Assembly: GCA_030704615.1 (NCBI GenBank)
Contig: CM060732.1
Location: 40,672,001 to 40,736,000, forward strand
Source of the DNA: Takakia lepidozioides
Lineage: Eukaryota > Plantae > Bryophyta
Length of the DNA stretch: 64,000 nt
Reading direction: 5' to 3'
Position numbers and translations under genes: made by a program. Position 1 is the stretch's first letter. Every line of letters begins with the position of its first letter. The notes under the pieces are model-generated. The model was not told the origin of the DNA. It worked only from the letters and a program-made list of their open reading frames with translations, and did no database searches. Shown here one piece after another: positions 25,121-38,000 of the stretch.

Positions 25121-25563
25121 GGTCAAGTCCACTGGGACAATCCTCTTGGTACGTTTAGTGATTGTGTTGTCTGGGTCCACTGGGACATTCCACTGTCAAA
25201 GTCCACTGGGACAACCCACTAATACAGTCTGTTGGGCAAGTCCACTGCGCCAGTCCTCTAGATAAGTTTAGTGGGTTGTCCGGGTCCACTGGGATAGTCC
25301 ACTATCAAAGACTGGGATAGTCCATTAAAACAGTCCGTTGGGCAAGTCCACTGCTATAGTCCTCTGGTTAAGTTTAGTGGATTGTCCGGATCCACTGGGA
25401 TAGTCCACTATGAAAGACTGGGATAGTCCATTCAACAGTCTGCTGCTCCTCTTGGTAAGTTTGGTAGATTGTCTGGGTCCACTGGGATAGTCCACTGTCA
25501 AGATCCACAGGCTGGGACAATGCACTAATACAGACCGTCTGCCCCAAGTCCATTGGGCAAGTC
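25121..25563. repeat. Degenerate tandem array, about 4 units of ~105-115 bp built on GTCCACTGGGA
   Basis: Units start at ~25121, 25235, 25341 and 25451; the core GTCCAC/ACTGGGA recurs more than 10 times. Confidence 0.8.
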
Positions 25564-25629
25564 TATGGTGGAAGTCCTCTTATATAGTCTCCTCTCAGGA
25601 GTCTCATATGGACATATGTGTTGTACAAA

Positions 25630-26030
25630 ACTAGTTTTCAAGGAATACTCATTTCCTTATGCCTTTGGCATGTCCGCAAGGCTTGGGTAAAACAATCATG
25701 CAAAGAAACCAAGGATCCTATCATTGCTACAAACTTGTTGAAGGATATGGGAGACGACCTCATGTATTGTAGAGATGGACCAAGCAATCCACAGAGAGCG
25801 CTTCGGTGGGTTGTAAGGAAAATCCGTTATATGAGGAAAAATATATCTGAACGGACATGAATTTCTGGACTACATCGACACCTATTGGGCTCCCAAAATA
25901 GCAATGTGGTGTACAGCTGATCGGCATGTTCCTCAAGCCAGTCAAGACACAAATGCGAGCATCGAGGCATACCAAGGAAACTTGAAGCAAAACTTGTTAT
26001 GGGGAAATGCAAGATGATTAGTCGTAGAAT
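25630..26030 (+). mobile_element. MULE/SWIM-type transposase fragment (a further piece probably at ~26560-26690)
   Basis: LCLWHVRKAW (CxxH motif), then YW...IAMW...R.VP.ASQDTNASIEAYQGNLK (TN..E motif) after a frameshift. Confidence 0.75.
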
Positions 26031-27479
26031 GGAGTCACACTGTAGTTTTCAATGAGTGCTCTTCATATTATCCGTGACATTGTGCAATTAGATGATATTT
26101 GGATTTTGAGGATTTACATTCCGGTTGTCACATTCCTAGTTTGTCCACAATTGGACTCTCAAACATTAACTTGCACTTAGTCATTTTACATTTGGATTAC
26201 AATGGTAGATTGTCGTTGAGGAATATATACCTCCAAACATACCCAAAATTTCAAAAGTCTATGGTGTTCAAACAATTTCATATTTGGGTAGAATTCTTCA
26301 ATGACTATATAAATATTTTCATTATTTGTAGGTTCTTATAATTAGATGGACAAATATCCTATATAATCGGGACCGACAAATTAGGTTTTTTTCTTAAATA
26401 TTCTGGAATAATATTTCTAATAAAAAATATCTCAAATGTTTGTGATGGAACCCTTTATTAAAAAATGTTAGGCATATCATTATCTATCAATATAGTTGAA
26501 CAAGAAATATAATTTTTTTTTTTTCCTATGGGCTTCCCTGGATGTCACATCTGTCGTTTTTGAGCCACCTTAGCATACACCCACCCGAAAAGTACATATC
26601 CAGTTCTGTATTTGTGGCATGTGACATTCCGACATGCAATGTTACTCTTCTATTAGGTCATGGGGGTGATTGCAGCCTACAGTGTCCATTTTTTACTGTC
26701 ACAACATTGTTTTTTCTAGACATAGAATAGTGGTATTTATCATACTCCTACATGACAATGCTATCTATAAAAAGGGACTAAAATATAAAGGCTCATCTAC
26801 ATATACTTTCACACTTTTAATCTCATTATCAAAAACCAGAATCTCTAGATGCTATGGACTTTTAAAAAGTCCATAAGGAATTGTCACAATCCATACAAAA
26901 AGACGTTATGGATTTTTTTAGTAATAAAGTTAGAACAAAGTCAAGTAAATGGACTCTCTCAAACTTGCTTGAAGAATGAGAAATCTGGAATGAAAACTAT
27001 CATTAAAAAATATGAGGTTAAAAAAAAATTTGTACTATTTTGAGCCTAAAAAATAGCTATTTTCATAAAGTCCTTTATGAATAAATTCTTTTGAAATAAC
27101 ATTTTTTTTTCATTAGACACATTCATTCATCATAAAATGCACATGTGAGTAGGATCAAATTTCAAAAAAACATTTGTGAATTAAAACTATTGCAATTTGA
27201 AAATCTTGGTTTTAACAATCAACAATAGACGGTCAAGATTGTCAGTTGAAGCAAATCCGATGGTCGAGGATTCGCCACATCCTCCTTTAAGTATTCTTCA
27301 TGTACTCATGATCTGCCACTTTTGGTCCACTCTAGCTTGCAATCATCCCTGGACAACCAGCCTATGTCCTCAGCACTAGCAATCACCCAGACAAAACATA
27401 CATTGTTTATAATCATGGTTGCGATTGGTCACTTGCCCATGGGCAACGAAGGGAAATTCGTGGAAGCGCCAAGTCTAAG

Positions 27480-27860
27480 TTCTGAAGTTGTTTCACTTGG
27501 TCCAGCTGGAGGATGGACTCATAGTGCGCGTTTTGTGGCATGGCGTTGGGTACGATTCATGGAGGACTGCACAATTTGTTGTTGGATAATACCTCGTCCG
27601 AGGATAAAGATGATTTGGGAAATGCAGCAGAAAACTTTCACCCCTGACTTGGCCTATCATGTGACATGATTGCTCGGTTGACGTCCCAGTCTCTATGGAC
27701 CATGAATTTGCCTACATACTTCGTATTGTTAGTGATAACAAATACCTGGAAGCACATGTCTTGTCCTATCTTCAAATATACATGTAGATGGCAGCTCATT
27801 GATATCCTGACCAAAAGTGTTGCTGGAATGTTACACCCTGCGGCAGTAAAGGCTTTCCGT
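27480..27860 (+). mobile_element. Highly degenerate Ty1/copia RT/RNase H remnant
   Basis: TPDLAYHV (cf. RPDLAYAV) and QLIDILTKSV (cf. QLADILTK). Confidence 0.5.
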
Positions 27861-28098
27861 CCTGTAAATGACAATAACAATATGTCTCTAAAAAGGAGAA
27901 GGGATTTTGTGGAAACATGGAAACGCGCCCAAGAGTTTTAAGGAGAACCAACAAAAGACTTTGTGCCCTTACACCTGCAACACATATATATTCCATAAAA
28001 TCGGAAGGTTTCAGAATGTTTATCCATCGCAAAATAGAGAAGATATATAATTCACCATTTGTTATGCTATTATTTTCCGTGCTGAAATAAAAGATCGC

Positions 28099-28640
28099 CA
28101 GTCTGCTGGAATGTGATATGGACTGATGCTGCACAGAACAAACTGACTCCACTTCTCATTTGTACAAACAGCAGTCAGTCTGCTACAAGTCTATTCAGTC
28201 TGCCCACCGGACATCCTCATGTAGTTTGTTGCACAGAGTAGATGCACCAGTGTCATCCTCAGTTAGTATGGTGAATAGAGTAGGCCCACCAGTTTGATCC
28301 AATATGTACTCAGTCAGTTTGCCCACAACAGACAACCTGCCCATTCAGTCAGTTTGACAATCAGTCTGCCCACCACGAACATCCTCAAGTGGTCTGCTGA
28401 ACTTACCCACGAATCTAGTGAGCAGTCCCATCCACTTGTAGTATGCTACAATCAGTCTGCCCACAAGCCAGTCTGCTACAAGTCCATATAAGATAATATG
28501 GACAGACTGACAAACTATCATTCAGCAGACGGATAGACGGCACGCCGGTCTCGCAATCAGTCTGCCCACATGTCCCATCCTCTGGTAGTCTGCTGAACAG
28601 ACTATATTGGAGTCTGCCCATCCGTGTGTTCAGACAGTGC
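28099..28640. repeat. Cluster of CAGTCTGC(CCAC/TACA) motif repeats
   Basis: About 10 copies (e.g. 28176, 28196, 28362, 28453, 28469, 28558) with irregular spacing, resembling DNA-transposon subterminal repeats. Confidence 0.65.
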
Positions 28641-29399
28641 ATGAAACAATGAGTCCACAATTCATAGAATATAACATTGATGATTGTATTAAGTATCCAG
28701 AGTGGCACGCTTTCTACGTGGATCCCCCATAAAACCAAGATTGATATAAGCAATTGATACATGTTGTCTAGAGATAGTAAACAGAAAAGGGAACTGAAAA
28801 TCTGAATGACAAGTGTGATTCATGGTGAGATGTCTACAACTACTACATGTCTTTTGTATTACTAGGGCATTCACGTGGCAAACATGAGTGTGAGATATCA
28901 GGTTTTCTTCAAAGGTGCCCCATGGGGCAGAAGGCTCAACATGTACATGTACATACATAGGGGAAGATTACACCTAGACTATAGATAGCAGATCTCTAGT
29001 TCAAACACTGGTGTTCTCCTTAGCATGTTAAGTTTAAGTTCTATTTAGACTAATCTGAATTTTGGGAGCATATACAATCCACTGAACCCTTTGGTGGACT
29101 TCTAACGGGCCGCCCCCGAGCGTGCCCCGAGTTGACCCCACTATGGCATACTACGAAACTCAATCTAAATCTCGCAAGTTTAGGTAGTGGTTCAAAACAA
29201 CAGAGGTACAAAATCGGTGAAAGATCAAGGATCTTGGAAATGAACACTCTCAAAATTTTTTGCTCAATCGGATTCAGTTTCCTTCCAAGAGGAAGCTTGA
29301 CATGCCGCCGTGTCCTTTTCCCGGTGATCTACAGAGACAATTCGAAATATAATGAAGATAATGAACATATCTAGAGTAAAGTCCTCATATGTATTTGTT

Positions 29400-30300
29400 G
29401 ATCTAGTTTGTTGTAACATCCTGATGGGTCAAGATGGACATGAATTATAAGCCGATGTAGGGCTATAATTCTATACCACAACATCACTTGCGCAGCACAT
29501 CTACAGCAATATGGCATACGCCTTCAGAGCAACCAGCGTTGCATTAGCAAATTGGTTAGAGAGCATTACTAACCATTGAATGGCGCAGAAGAAGCAAAGA
29601 CAGCCTCAAATTCAAACTATATCCCTCTCCTTTTTTTCTCCACGCGACGTACAGTTGCACCCTGTGTTTGGCTAGCACTTTATGTAACTCGAACTCATTC
29701 CCTAGGAGTGTGTCTATCTCAAGCCCCTTCACATTTGTCTGGCCTATCCCACATTTCCTTTCCTCCTCCCGAGATCTCTCCAGAAGATTTACATCTCCCA
29801 AATCAGCCAAAGCTAGCTGGCTCCCAACTCCCAACTGAAGACATTTGGTACATTTATCCCATCTCTCTCTTTCTAGTATCGTACAAATAAGGTAGTGCTT
29901 TTAGCTCTAGAATTTGTGAATGCCTACAGCCCACCCTCCTTCCAATCATCGAAGCTAGCTCACGATGTTATTGTCTCATGTAGCCTCATCAGCTGTCTTT
30001 CACAGATACATCACCCGAAGTTGCACACTTATAAAAGCCCACACCCTATAATCCTTGGTCTCGATGCACAGACACCAAGCCCATGACAGTACACCATAGG
30101 GTGCTTGGAGGAAAAGCATGTAGGGAGAGATATTATAGCTGAACCAAAAATGGTTGCCTCCCTCGGTGGCATGGAGTACCTGATCTCGAGCACAGCACAA
30201 GATGGAAGAGTAGGGCAGGAGCTCAACACGATGGATGACGGCTACAGTCACTCTCGGTGGCCTACAATGAGTACTTGCTCTCGAACGTAGCACAAGATGC
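29400..30300 (-). mobile_element. Degenerate Ty1/copia pol remnant
   Basis: QAPYGVL and ETKDYRVW resemble copia post-integrase motifs (TPYE, SKGYR); heavily disrupted. Confidence 0.35.
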
Positions 30301-32050
30301 AAACATAACTCCTTTAGTTCAGTTTTACTTTATAGTAAACTAAGAAGACATACATTACAGTCTCCTTGGGAGAGGAATATTTTCTCTTCGTCGTTCCCGC
30401 TTCATCCTCCTCCTGTTTGCTCCAGATGCCTCTTTCTATCGTTGTGTTAGCCCTGCCTAGTAATTTTCAATGTACCCTATTCATCCATCCTCAATGCTAA
30501 TACTTTCTGTTTTTTTCAAGAAAATGTTTCTAGGGAAAAGGGGGAGGAAGCCCTTGAAGAAAAAACACACTTCTTTGGAGGGCCTTGTTTTGTTGAGCCG
30601 ACCATTTGATGCCATCATTTGAGAGAGCCATTCCTCAATTGGAGCAATGATTTGATAAAAACCTCCAACCACTCCATATCAGATCTTTACCTTAATTCCG
30701 ATCTAGTTGATATAAACGCAAAGAACTCCATTAGACAGTAACATTTAGCTCTTACTCCATGTACATTGTTTATTGGGCCAACCAATAGAGGTTGGTCAGT
30801 AAGTGTGCAAAACCTGGTGAAAAGTACATGCCTTTTTATCCCAGCCCCAACTTGGATGTACTTGATAGATACTTGGATACAAGGATATGTTTTTTGAAAT
30901 TTAAAAACGAAAGGGACCATCAGACATCCTGTACAGCTTTATTTACAGTTAACGTGGGGTATTTGAACATAGGAGAGAAAAACCCCAAAACTGGGTAAGG
31001 ACAAAGAAGGGAGGGAAGAGAAGCAAGCTAAACTAAGCCATTCAAACTGATCAGTCATCCCAACCTACTGCCTGAAGCAAAGTACCCACTGAACTCACAA
31101 TCTAGTTGGACATTATCCTTCAATGCCATGGTCTGCAGGTTATGAATATCAAACATCTGATCTCAAAAAATTCTCAAGTGACCAGAGCAACAGGGCAACT
31201 TGCCACTTGTTCCAAGTATTGATCACAAAAAGGGGGCATACTTACATGGAATGTTACCTACTCCAGCATCACACATGGGGATAAACAAATGACCTGTTTA
31301 CTGTGGATTAGGAACATAAGAACATCACATAAGTTGCAGCACTGCACATCACATAGTACCCAGGTGTGCGAATGGCACACAAAAAAATCTACACTCCATC
31401 ACAACAAACAGCAGGATGTTATCCTTGGAGACTATCCTTGTTCACTATCCTTAAGGCTAAGAGTAGGCAAGACTAAATGGTTGATGCGTGTTTCGCGCAC
31501 ACTCATAGCACAAGTACAGGACAATTTCTTATGGCCTTAAATCTGGCAAGGAGAAAATTTGAATCTGTTGGCATCCATAACCTGAACATCTGAAAGCCTT
31601 GGGCACCACCCGTAACCCAACAATCTTCCAAGTTTCTACATATGCTGAAGAAACAGTGATTACACCAAGCATTTGTTGCTTTTGAGCCATCCACATTGCA
31701 AAATGGCCGTACTGTACTATGAATCACATGCTGTGTGCCAAAAGATAGACCCTTCCCCACCAGTAACTGTGTGCTTACTCATAACTCTCCTTCTGAGGCT
31801 GTTTGTTTTTAGATCCTATTGCCGTGCATCTACTTTTATTTGAGAACTGCCTTACTAATTTCCCCAACAAGAATCTCACCAACCTTTCCTCCATTTGGTT
31901 TCAGCTTGTTTCCCTTCGTTTTCCTCCTCCTGTAACTTCAAGTAAATCCTCCCACAAAAACCTACTCACATTCCCCTGTATTCACCCTTGTGCACCTTGA
32001 CTAAACATCATAACAATGCCCATAACGATATACTGCCCTGCCCTGCCCTC

Positions 32051-35000
32051 CTATGTTAGCGCAAAATCTTTTAAACTAGAAATAACGCCGTTCATTGGGT
32101 GCAATGTGTTTTCCTCTACGCTATCAGAAGTTCTATCCAACTCCCCATTATCTGAGACATTGGACCCTCTGGTGCTTGCAGGGCCTATGGTGGCAGAGCT
32201 CTTGGGTCCCTTGAAGTACGTAGAGTAGGGAAACAGATCCGCACACCGCTGTCTCCATCCTTCAAAACAAAACAGCCACACCTCACATCAGTATCCTAGT
32301 CAACCCTCTTTGCCAGCTGAGACCAGCACAAATGAGGGTCCACCAGGCGATCTCATGGCTTCTTAGGCACCGAGGAGACCTCTTTCACCAAATTTGTGGC
32401 ATATAGAACCTACTTGCTGAGGAAACCACAGGGTCTCCCGCGGTGCTGGATGAGGCACATGCACTCAAATGCGGCAGTATAAGAGACAAACCCAGGAGCA
32501 GAGAGAGAGTGTAGGAAACAAACTTTATAATATCAACAGGGGGGACATAAGGCGTTGTTTGCTGTAGGATTGCGGCCATTGACCCCGCCCTAAGTTTGAG
32601 CGGAACACAAAGGGACAGAAACTACATTTGTCAGGGGCTGACGCCGGTAGTATGACTTGCCTTGGAACAGACAAATAATCCGAGTTTTCCAGATATCCTC
32701 TAGAAATCCCTTCACACAAGCATCAATCTGCTGTGTGAGGTTTGCCCAATAACTAGGCCCCAAAAGGGCCTGGGCTTTTGGCTCAGCCTCGAGGCTTTCA
32801 AAGTTGGTAAACAGAGGTTCAGGCACAATTCCCTTGATGGATTTGAAGAGGGCGTCTCTCTCGTGAGAGTACCCAGGACAATGAACCAGAAAATGAATAT
32901 TGTCTTCAGGTTGCCCACACAACGGGCAATTGCAATCCCTCTTTCCTCTCTGCATTTGTTTGCTGTTCAAAGGTAGGCTTCCCGCCCTGAGTTTAAATTT
33001 CAGTCTAGTGCCAAGGGTGGGTAAACCCTTGTGGTCATCCATGATGGCCTCCCCCATGTCACAGACTGGAAACAAGTTCAGGGAAGTTTTCTCCCTAACT
33101 TCATTTTCCTCAGAAAATAGGGGGGCAATAAGAGAGAGAGAGAGAGAGCGCTTACTGGAAGCCACATCAGCATCATTTAGTGAGTTTTCCAACAGTTCCT
33201 GTACTGCCACACAGTCTTTGAGCTGCCACCCGCCTACACCTATCCCAGCTGCTCCACCCCTGTTCTCATTACCCAGAAACAAGCGGCACCCATTAGATAT
33301 CTGAGTGTTCCCTCTTTAATAAAGTTGATGCTCCTTAAAGGGAGCTCCTCTCTCCCTGAACAATAAAAGAACAAGAAAAAGAAACTCTACGTGATCTATG
33401 TGGTTAGACATGACACTTGAGCAACGGTCTTAAGATGGTGCAGCTACTGTCCATTACAGATTTCAGGTCTTAAGATGGTGCAACTACTGGTCCATTGATT
33501 CTAGTCTATGTTCACCTATATTTACCCATTTGCTGACAGGCCAAGAGACCAAGAAGAAAATCAATGTTCTGTTTACAGCTCTGCCTGTAATTGCGGTGGG
33601 CATATGTTATAAGTTTCACAGTAATCACATCCAGATAAGCCTCTGGCAGGACCTACCTTGAAACGGGGTGGTCAAAAGAGTCCTCGATGATCTTCAAGGC
33701 TGATTCCTTGGAATCTGGACAAAGAAGAAGAAGAATCTCTGCTGCTGCAGCTCTATGCCGCAATGTATCTGTTCAGCGCAACCAAACTTATCAACGCACC
33801 ACACTCATAAACTTCACCTTCAACAATTCATGCACATCCTTTCATGCTGTGCAATTAAGAGATCAACTCAACAAATTCTGTAAAACAAATCATTCTAAAT
33901 TTAGCATTGCCAGGCATTTGTGTACTCTAATTTGCCACTGTGGTCTAAGAATTCCCATTAGAATGGAGCCAGAAAGAGGAGAATGGAAAGGAAAAGGCAG
34001 AGGGGGACGGGCTGGAGGGAGCGGATTTGGGGCTTGGAAGCTGGAAATACTTTCTTGAAAAGAAAAAGAAAGGCTGTTGTTTAAAGTGTGCTCAAACTTT
34101 CAATCCCCCGGTGGAATAGTTATCTACCCTCCTAAAGCATAACGCTGCATCTTCCAAGATCCAGGTTATTGCCTACAGTCTGTGTCCCAGAGTATTTATG
34201 GCAGTATACAAACACCCACTGAACTTGAATGAACTACATAGAGCTAAGCCATACTGTCTTGCATTGTAACATGTCTGTATTTAGGGAAGAGAGAAAACCC
34301 ACCACTATGTGAATCCAAAAAAGCACTATTTGCATCCAGAAGCGACTTGTCGCCTAGATTCCTGAAAGAACAGGTCCACCAGAAAAGAGAGATGTCAACA
34401 GAAAGATCCGATCTGTAAACTTGTGAAACCAGACGAGGAATTGAAAACCCATGACTGCATGCTGTGTGAGCAATGAGGGGGACCCTAGGCACGTACTTGA
34501 GAGAAGCCCTCTCTACAGCTATGACGCTTCGGACTAACTCATCCCCAGCCGTTTGTGGGCTGGGAAACTTGTCCACCATATGAAAGAACCGAATCTGCAC
34601 TCCAATTGCACAAAACAGATAAGTGCGACATACTAACATACTAACATAATAGTAGGTTCTGTAACTCTTCACAAATTCTAAACAAGAAACAACTATATTT
34701 CACTTTTGTCAGAAAGTCTAGAACTTTCAAGAGAACCTTGATAGCTCATTCCTAGCTACTCGGGGCTGTTGGCATGGACAAGCACCAGCCAGCAATGATT
34801 CAGATACTCATTAAACTGCAGAATAGCTCAAGTGCACCACAGGTAATGTGTCATATCATCTATAGGTGTTTCCTTTCAGTTCAATCTACCAAATGCACAT
34901 TACCACTATAAGCACCAAAACACAGTCCCTCCAAACAACTCGACACAATAACAGGAAATGAAGGAAGAAGGGCGAAAGAAACGGAAAAAACTCACCAAAC

Positions 35001-38000
35001 AACGATGCACATCCGGGCTGCATGGGTCCAATCTCAATTGTCTCTTCACAGCCTGAATGGTGAGATCCAAAGTCATCTTGTCAAGACCTCTAAATAAGTC
35101 TTTTTCTCTCTGGGATTAAGAGTGTACTTCGGTCTCTGTGGTTCTAGTGTGTTCATCTATTATGTGAATGGGCCCTTGAGGACTCAATGGTGGTAGTTAT
35201 ACCATTCTTCTTTCTTCTCATTATTGGAACCAGAAAAGGTGAGTTCTTGAAAGTAACAAAACATCATCTATGCCAGTGCCAGGACAAAGGTAGTGTCCCA
35301 GTCAAAGAAACTTCTAAGTCCTTTCTCCTGTTCAGAGCGTAGAGGAAAAAAGGTGCAATACCTGGAGTGCAAGCAGAACTTTCTGTTTCCGAAAGTATAC
35401 TTCAAAAGCAAGCACGTGGGTTTCAAGTGAGTCAGCAGAGTGGTCTTGCAAAAGCTTCAGATACTTAATGGCCTCCCCTAAAGGATCATCAACCTGTCAC
35501 AAAGAGCAAAAGACAAACCCATTACATGAAGTCCACACTCGACCAATCCACTTTGGCCACTTATGACAGAAACTTAGTATCAACTGAAAATTGCAAAATC
35601 TAATGCATAAGAATATCGCGAAACCACAAGCTGTAGAAAGAAGCAGCTAGGAAGAAGCAGGTGTATCAGACTATGGAAGGGAAATATTGAGTCCACCTGA
35701 ATTAGCTTCTCCCCATCAGGATCTGTGTCGAGTGGCCGTGGAGCTTGAGCACCCTTTTTGCCCCCTTTACTTGCTACCAGAGCAACAGCTTCTTCTTCCT
35801 TTGCCCTATCCTCTGCTTCCTGTCAAGTACCCAGCATGTAGGACAAAAAGTCAGCACCTTGCCTCCATCCTACCCGCCCTTGACTCTATCACTCTTATTC
35901 TCCCTCCAACAGCCTTCTAGCTATCTAATTTGGATGTTTCTACATCCTACCCAGTTGTCTACTTCCAACTGAATTGCTGTGGTCCATCTGATATGACTTC
36001 TGAACCACTGAATCCAGGAGAATGGTGTGAACTTGTAAGCTTATCACAGGTTTGCTGTCTGTTCCCACAGGTGCACCCTTTGTGTAGGGTCACAACGACA
36101 ACCAACCTTTTTAGCTCGTGCCTCAGCTTTCCGCAGCTTTTGGCGCATTCTTTTGCGCTCAGCAGCAGGTAAGCCCGCCACAGCAGCTTCCTCCTCCTCT
36201 GCTGCCGCCTTTGGTGGAAAGTCATGGAGCCTCACATAGCACCTGCAAATTATCAGTGTCAGAGGAAATAGTAGAAAAAGAACTCCCCATACCAGTGGGA
36301 ACTTCTTGTAGGCACAGTTGTGCAGTTATGATTTTACACCGTGTTCAACAACCCAAAGAATGACAGTTTTACTCCAGCATTGCATGTATGGCTCAAAATA
36401 TCAGGCACACCTGATGGAAGCAGCTGCAGCCCGGCAAAAGAAGCGGTGAGAATGGAGATGATCCTGGAAGCGTAGCATGCGGATGTACGCCCGCAGTGTC
36501 ATTTTGCGCAGGCAATATGTGTGAAAGTCGAATTGGTCCTCTACCATGTCATTGTAGTGTTTCTCAACAGATAAATACTTCTTTAATGCCTTCCCCAACA
36601 TCCCTTGCCGGAAATGGCTGTCACCTGACGCCAACTCATACCTGCATGCACAAAAGACCTTCATCTATCAGGCCCAGTTCTACAAAGGAAGTCTTTTCCC
36701 CTTCCTACTATATCTCTATTTTCACCGAGTAATCCCTTTGTGTTCCGCACAAACTGGCGCAGGGTCAATGGCCACAACGCCACGGCAAACAACGTCTTAT
36801 AAGTACATTCTTTTCACCAAGCAACAAGATTCCTCAAGTACAAGTAAAATACTCTAACCCTTCCCCCTTACCCCCACTCCTCATCGCAATGTATTGTTTC
36901 CCTTCTCTTATGACCTTCCCTTTCGATACACTAGTGAGACTGCAATTAGAGTTGGATCTGTTGCACATTTGCAAGGTAGGGGCTGTAGTTTCAGTGCTCA
37001 AATCCAACTAATTTTCCATAGCATCAATCCAACCTTGAATCAATGCTCAACTCCCTGTAACTGGATAAGAGTTGACTATAAAAAATCAAAGATAACATTT
37101 TACTAAGTTTCCCACTCTGGTGGATACAAAAACGCCAGGACCATATCTGGGAGATGTGACAGCTGGCATGGCCTGTGCTCAAGGGAACATTATAGCCACC
37201 ATTGGCAGGGCACTTCAAGAGTTCTTTCCTTCTTTTCCCTGTGCATGACACATTGCCCTCCTTGCCTCCTCTTCTTCTGTTTACTTCAACGAGTCCTATT
37301 ACCCTGCCTTTCCCCTCACTCTGTTCTGTACATCCAACTTTTGCATATGCAAGCTCAGCCTCCATCTGCTTTGGCCTCCCCTAGCTTCTATTTCCCAGCA
37401 AGAAAGTACAGTCCATACTAACCACATGCACTGCATGTCAAACAAGTTGTTGTGCTGGTCACCATCTTTTGTGAACAACACGGCTGTCTTCTCAGCTAGC
37501 TCAACCTGAAGTTCAGCCACAAATTGCCCTTCAGTTCAAAATGGGTGCGGTCTAACAAAATAGAAATGAGAGACATGACAGAAAAGAAGAGGAGGAGGAA
37601 AGACAATCCTTGTAAGTGCAGATAACGGAAGATAACAGATTGTACTCATAAGACGTTGTTTGACATAGCCTTGTGGCCATTGACCCCGCGCCCAGTTTGA
37701 GCGGGAACAAAAGGAATGACAACAGAATGAAAGAGAAGGAACGACAAGATCATATCCAAAACCAAAAGACCAATCGCACAACAAGACAAGAAGACGGGAG
37801 AACAAAACCTACCAGAAAAGCCATACATTGGAAGTGAATTTGTTAACCCCTGGAGATTATGGCACATTTCTAACTTCTCCAGCCACTGCCCTTAGGAAAT
37901 TAGAACAATACTACAAGCCAGAGCCTTGGAAACAGGATTAGAAAAGGGAGTACCTGGTCGGCTTGCAGCATTCGTTTAACACACTCACTGTTGAGAAATC

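Noticed and set aside
25121-25563. CRISPR-like appearance of recurring GTCCACTGGGA motifs (likewise 28099-28640 and 60502-61186)
   Set aside because: The sequences between motifs are themselves repeated and irregular rather than unique spacers; there are no cas genes and the context is eukaryotic.
33260-33303. Upstream CAG acceptor at 33301 for NAA15 exon 25
   Set aside because: It gives the wrong frame; the acceptor at 33260-33262 keeps the frame through to the last exon.
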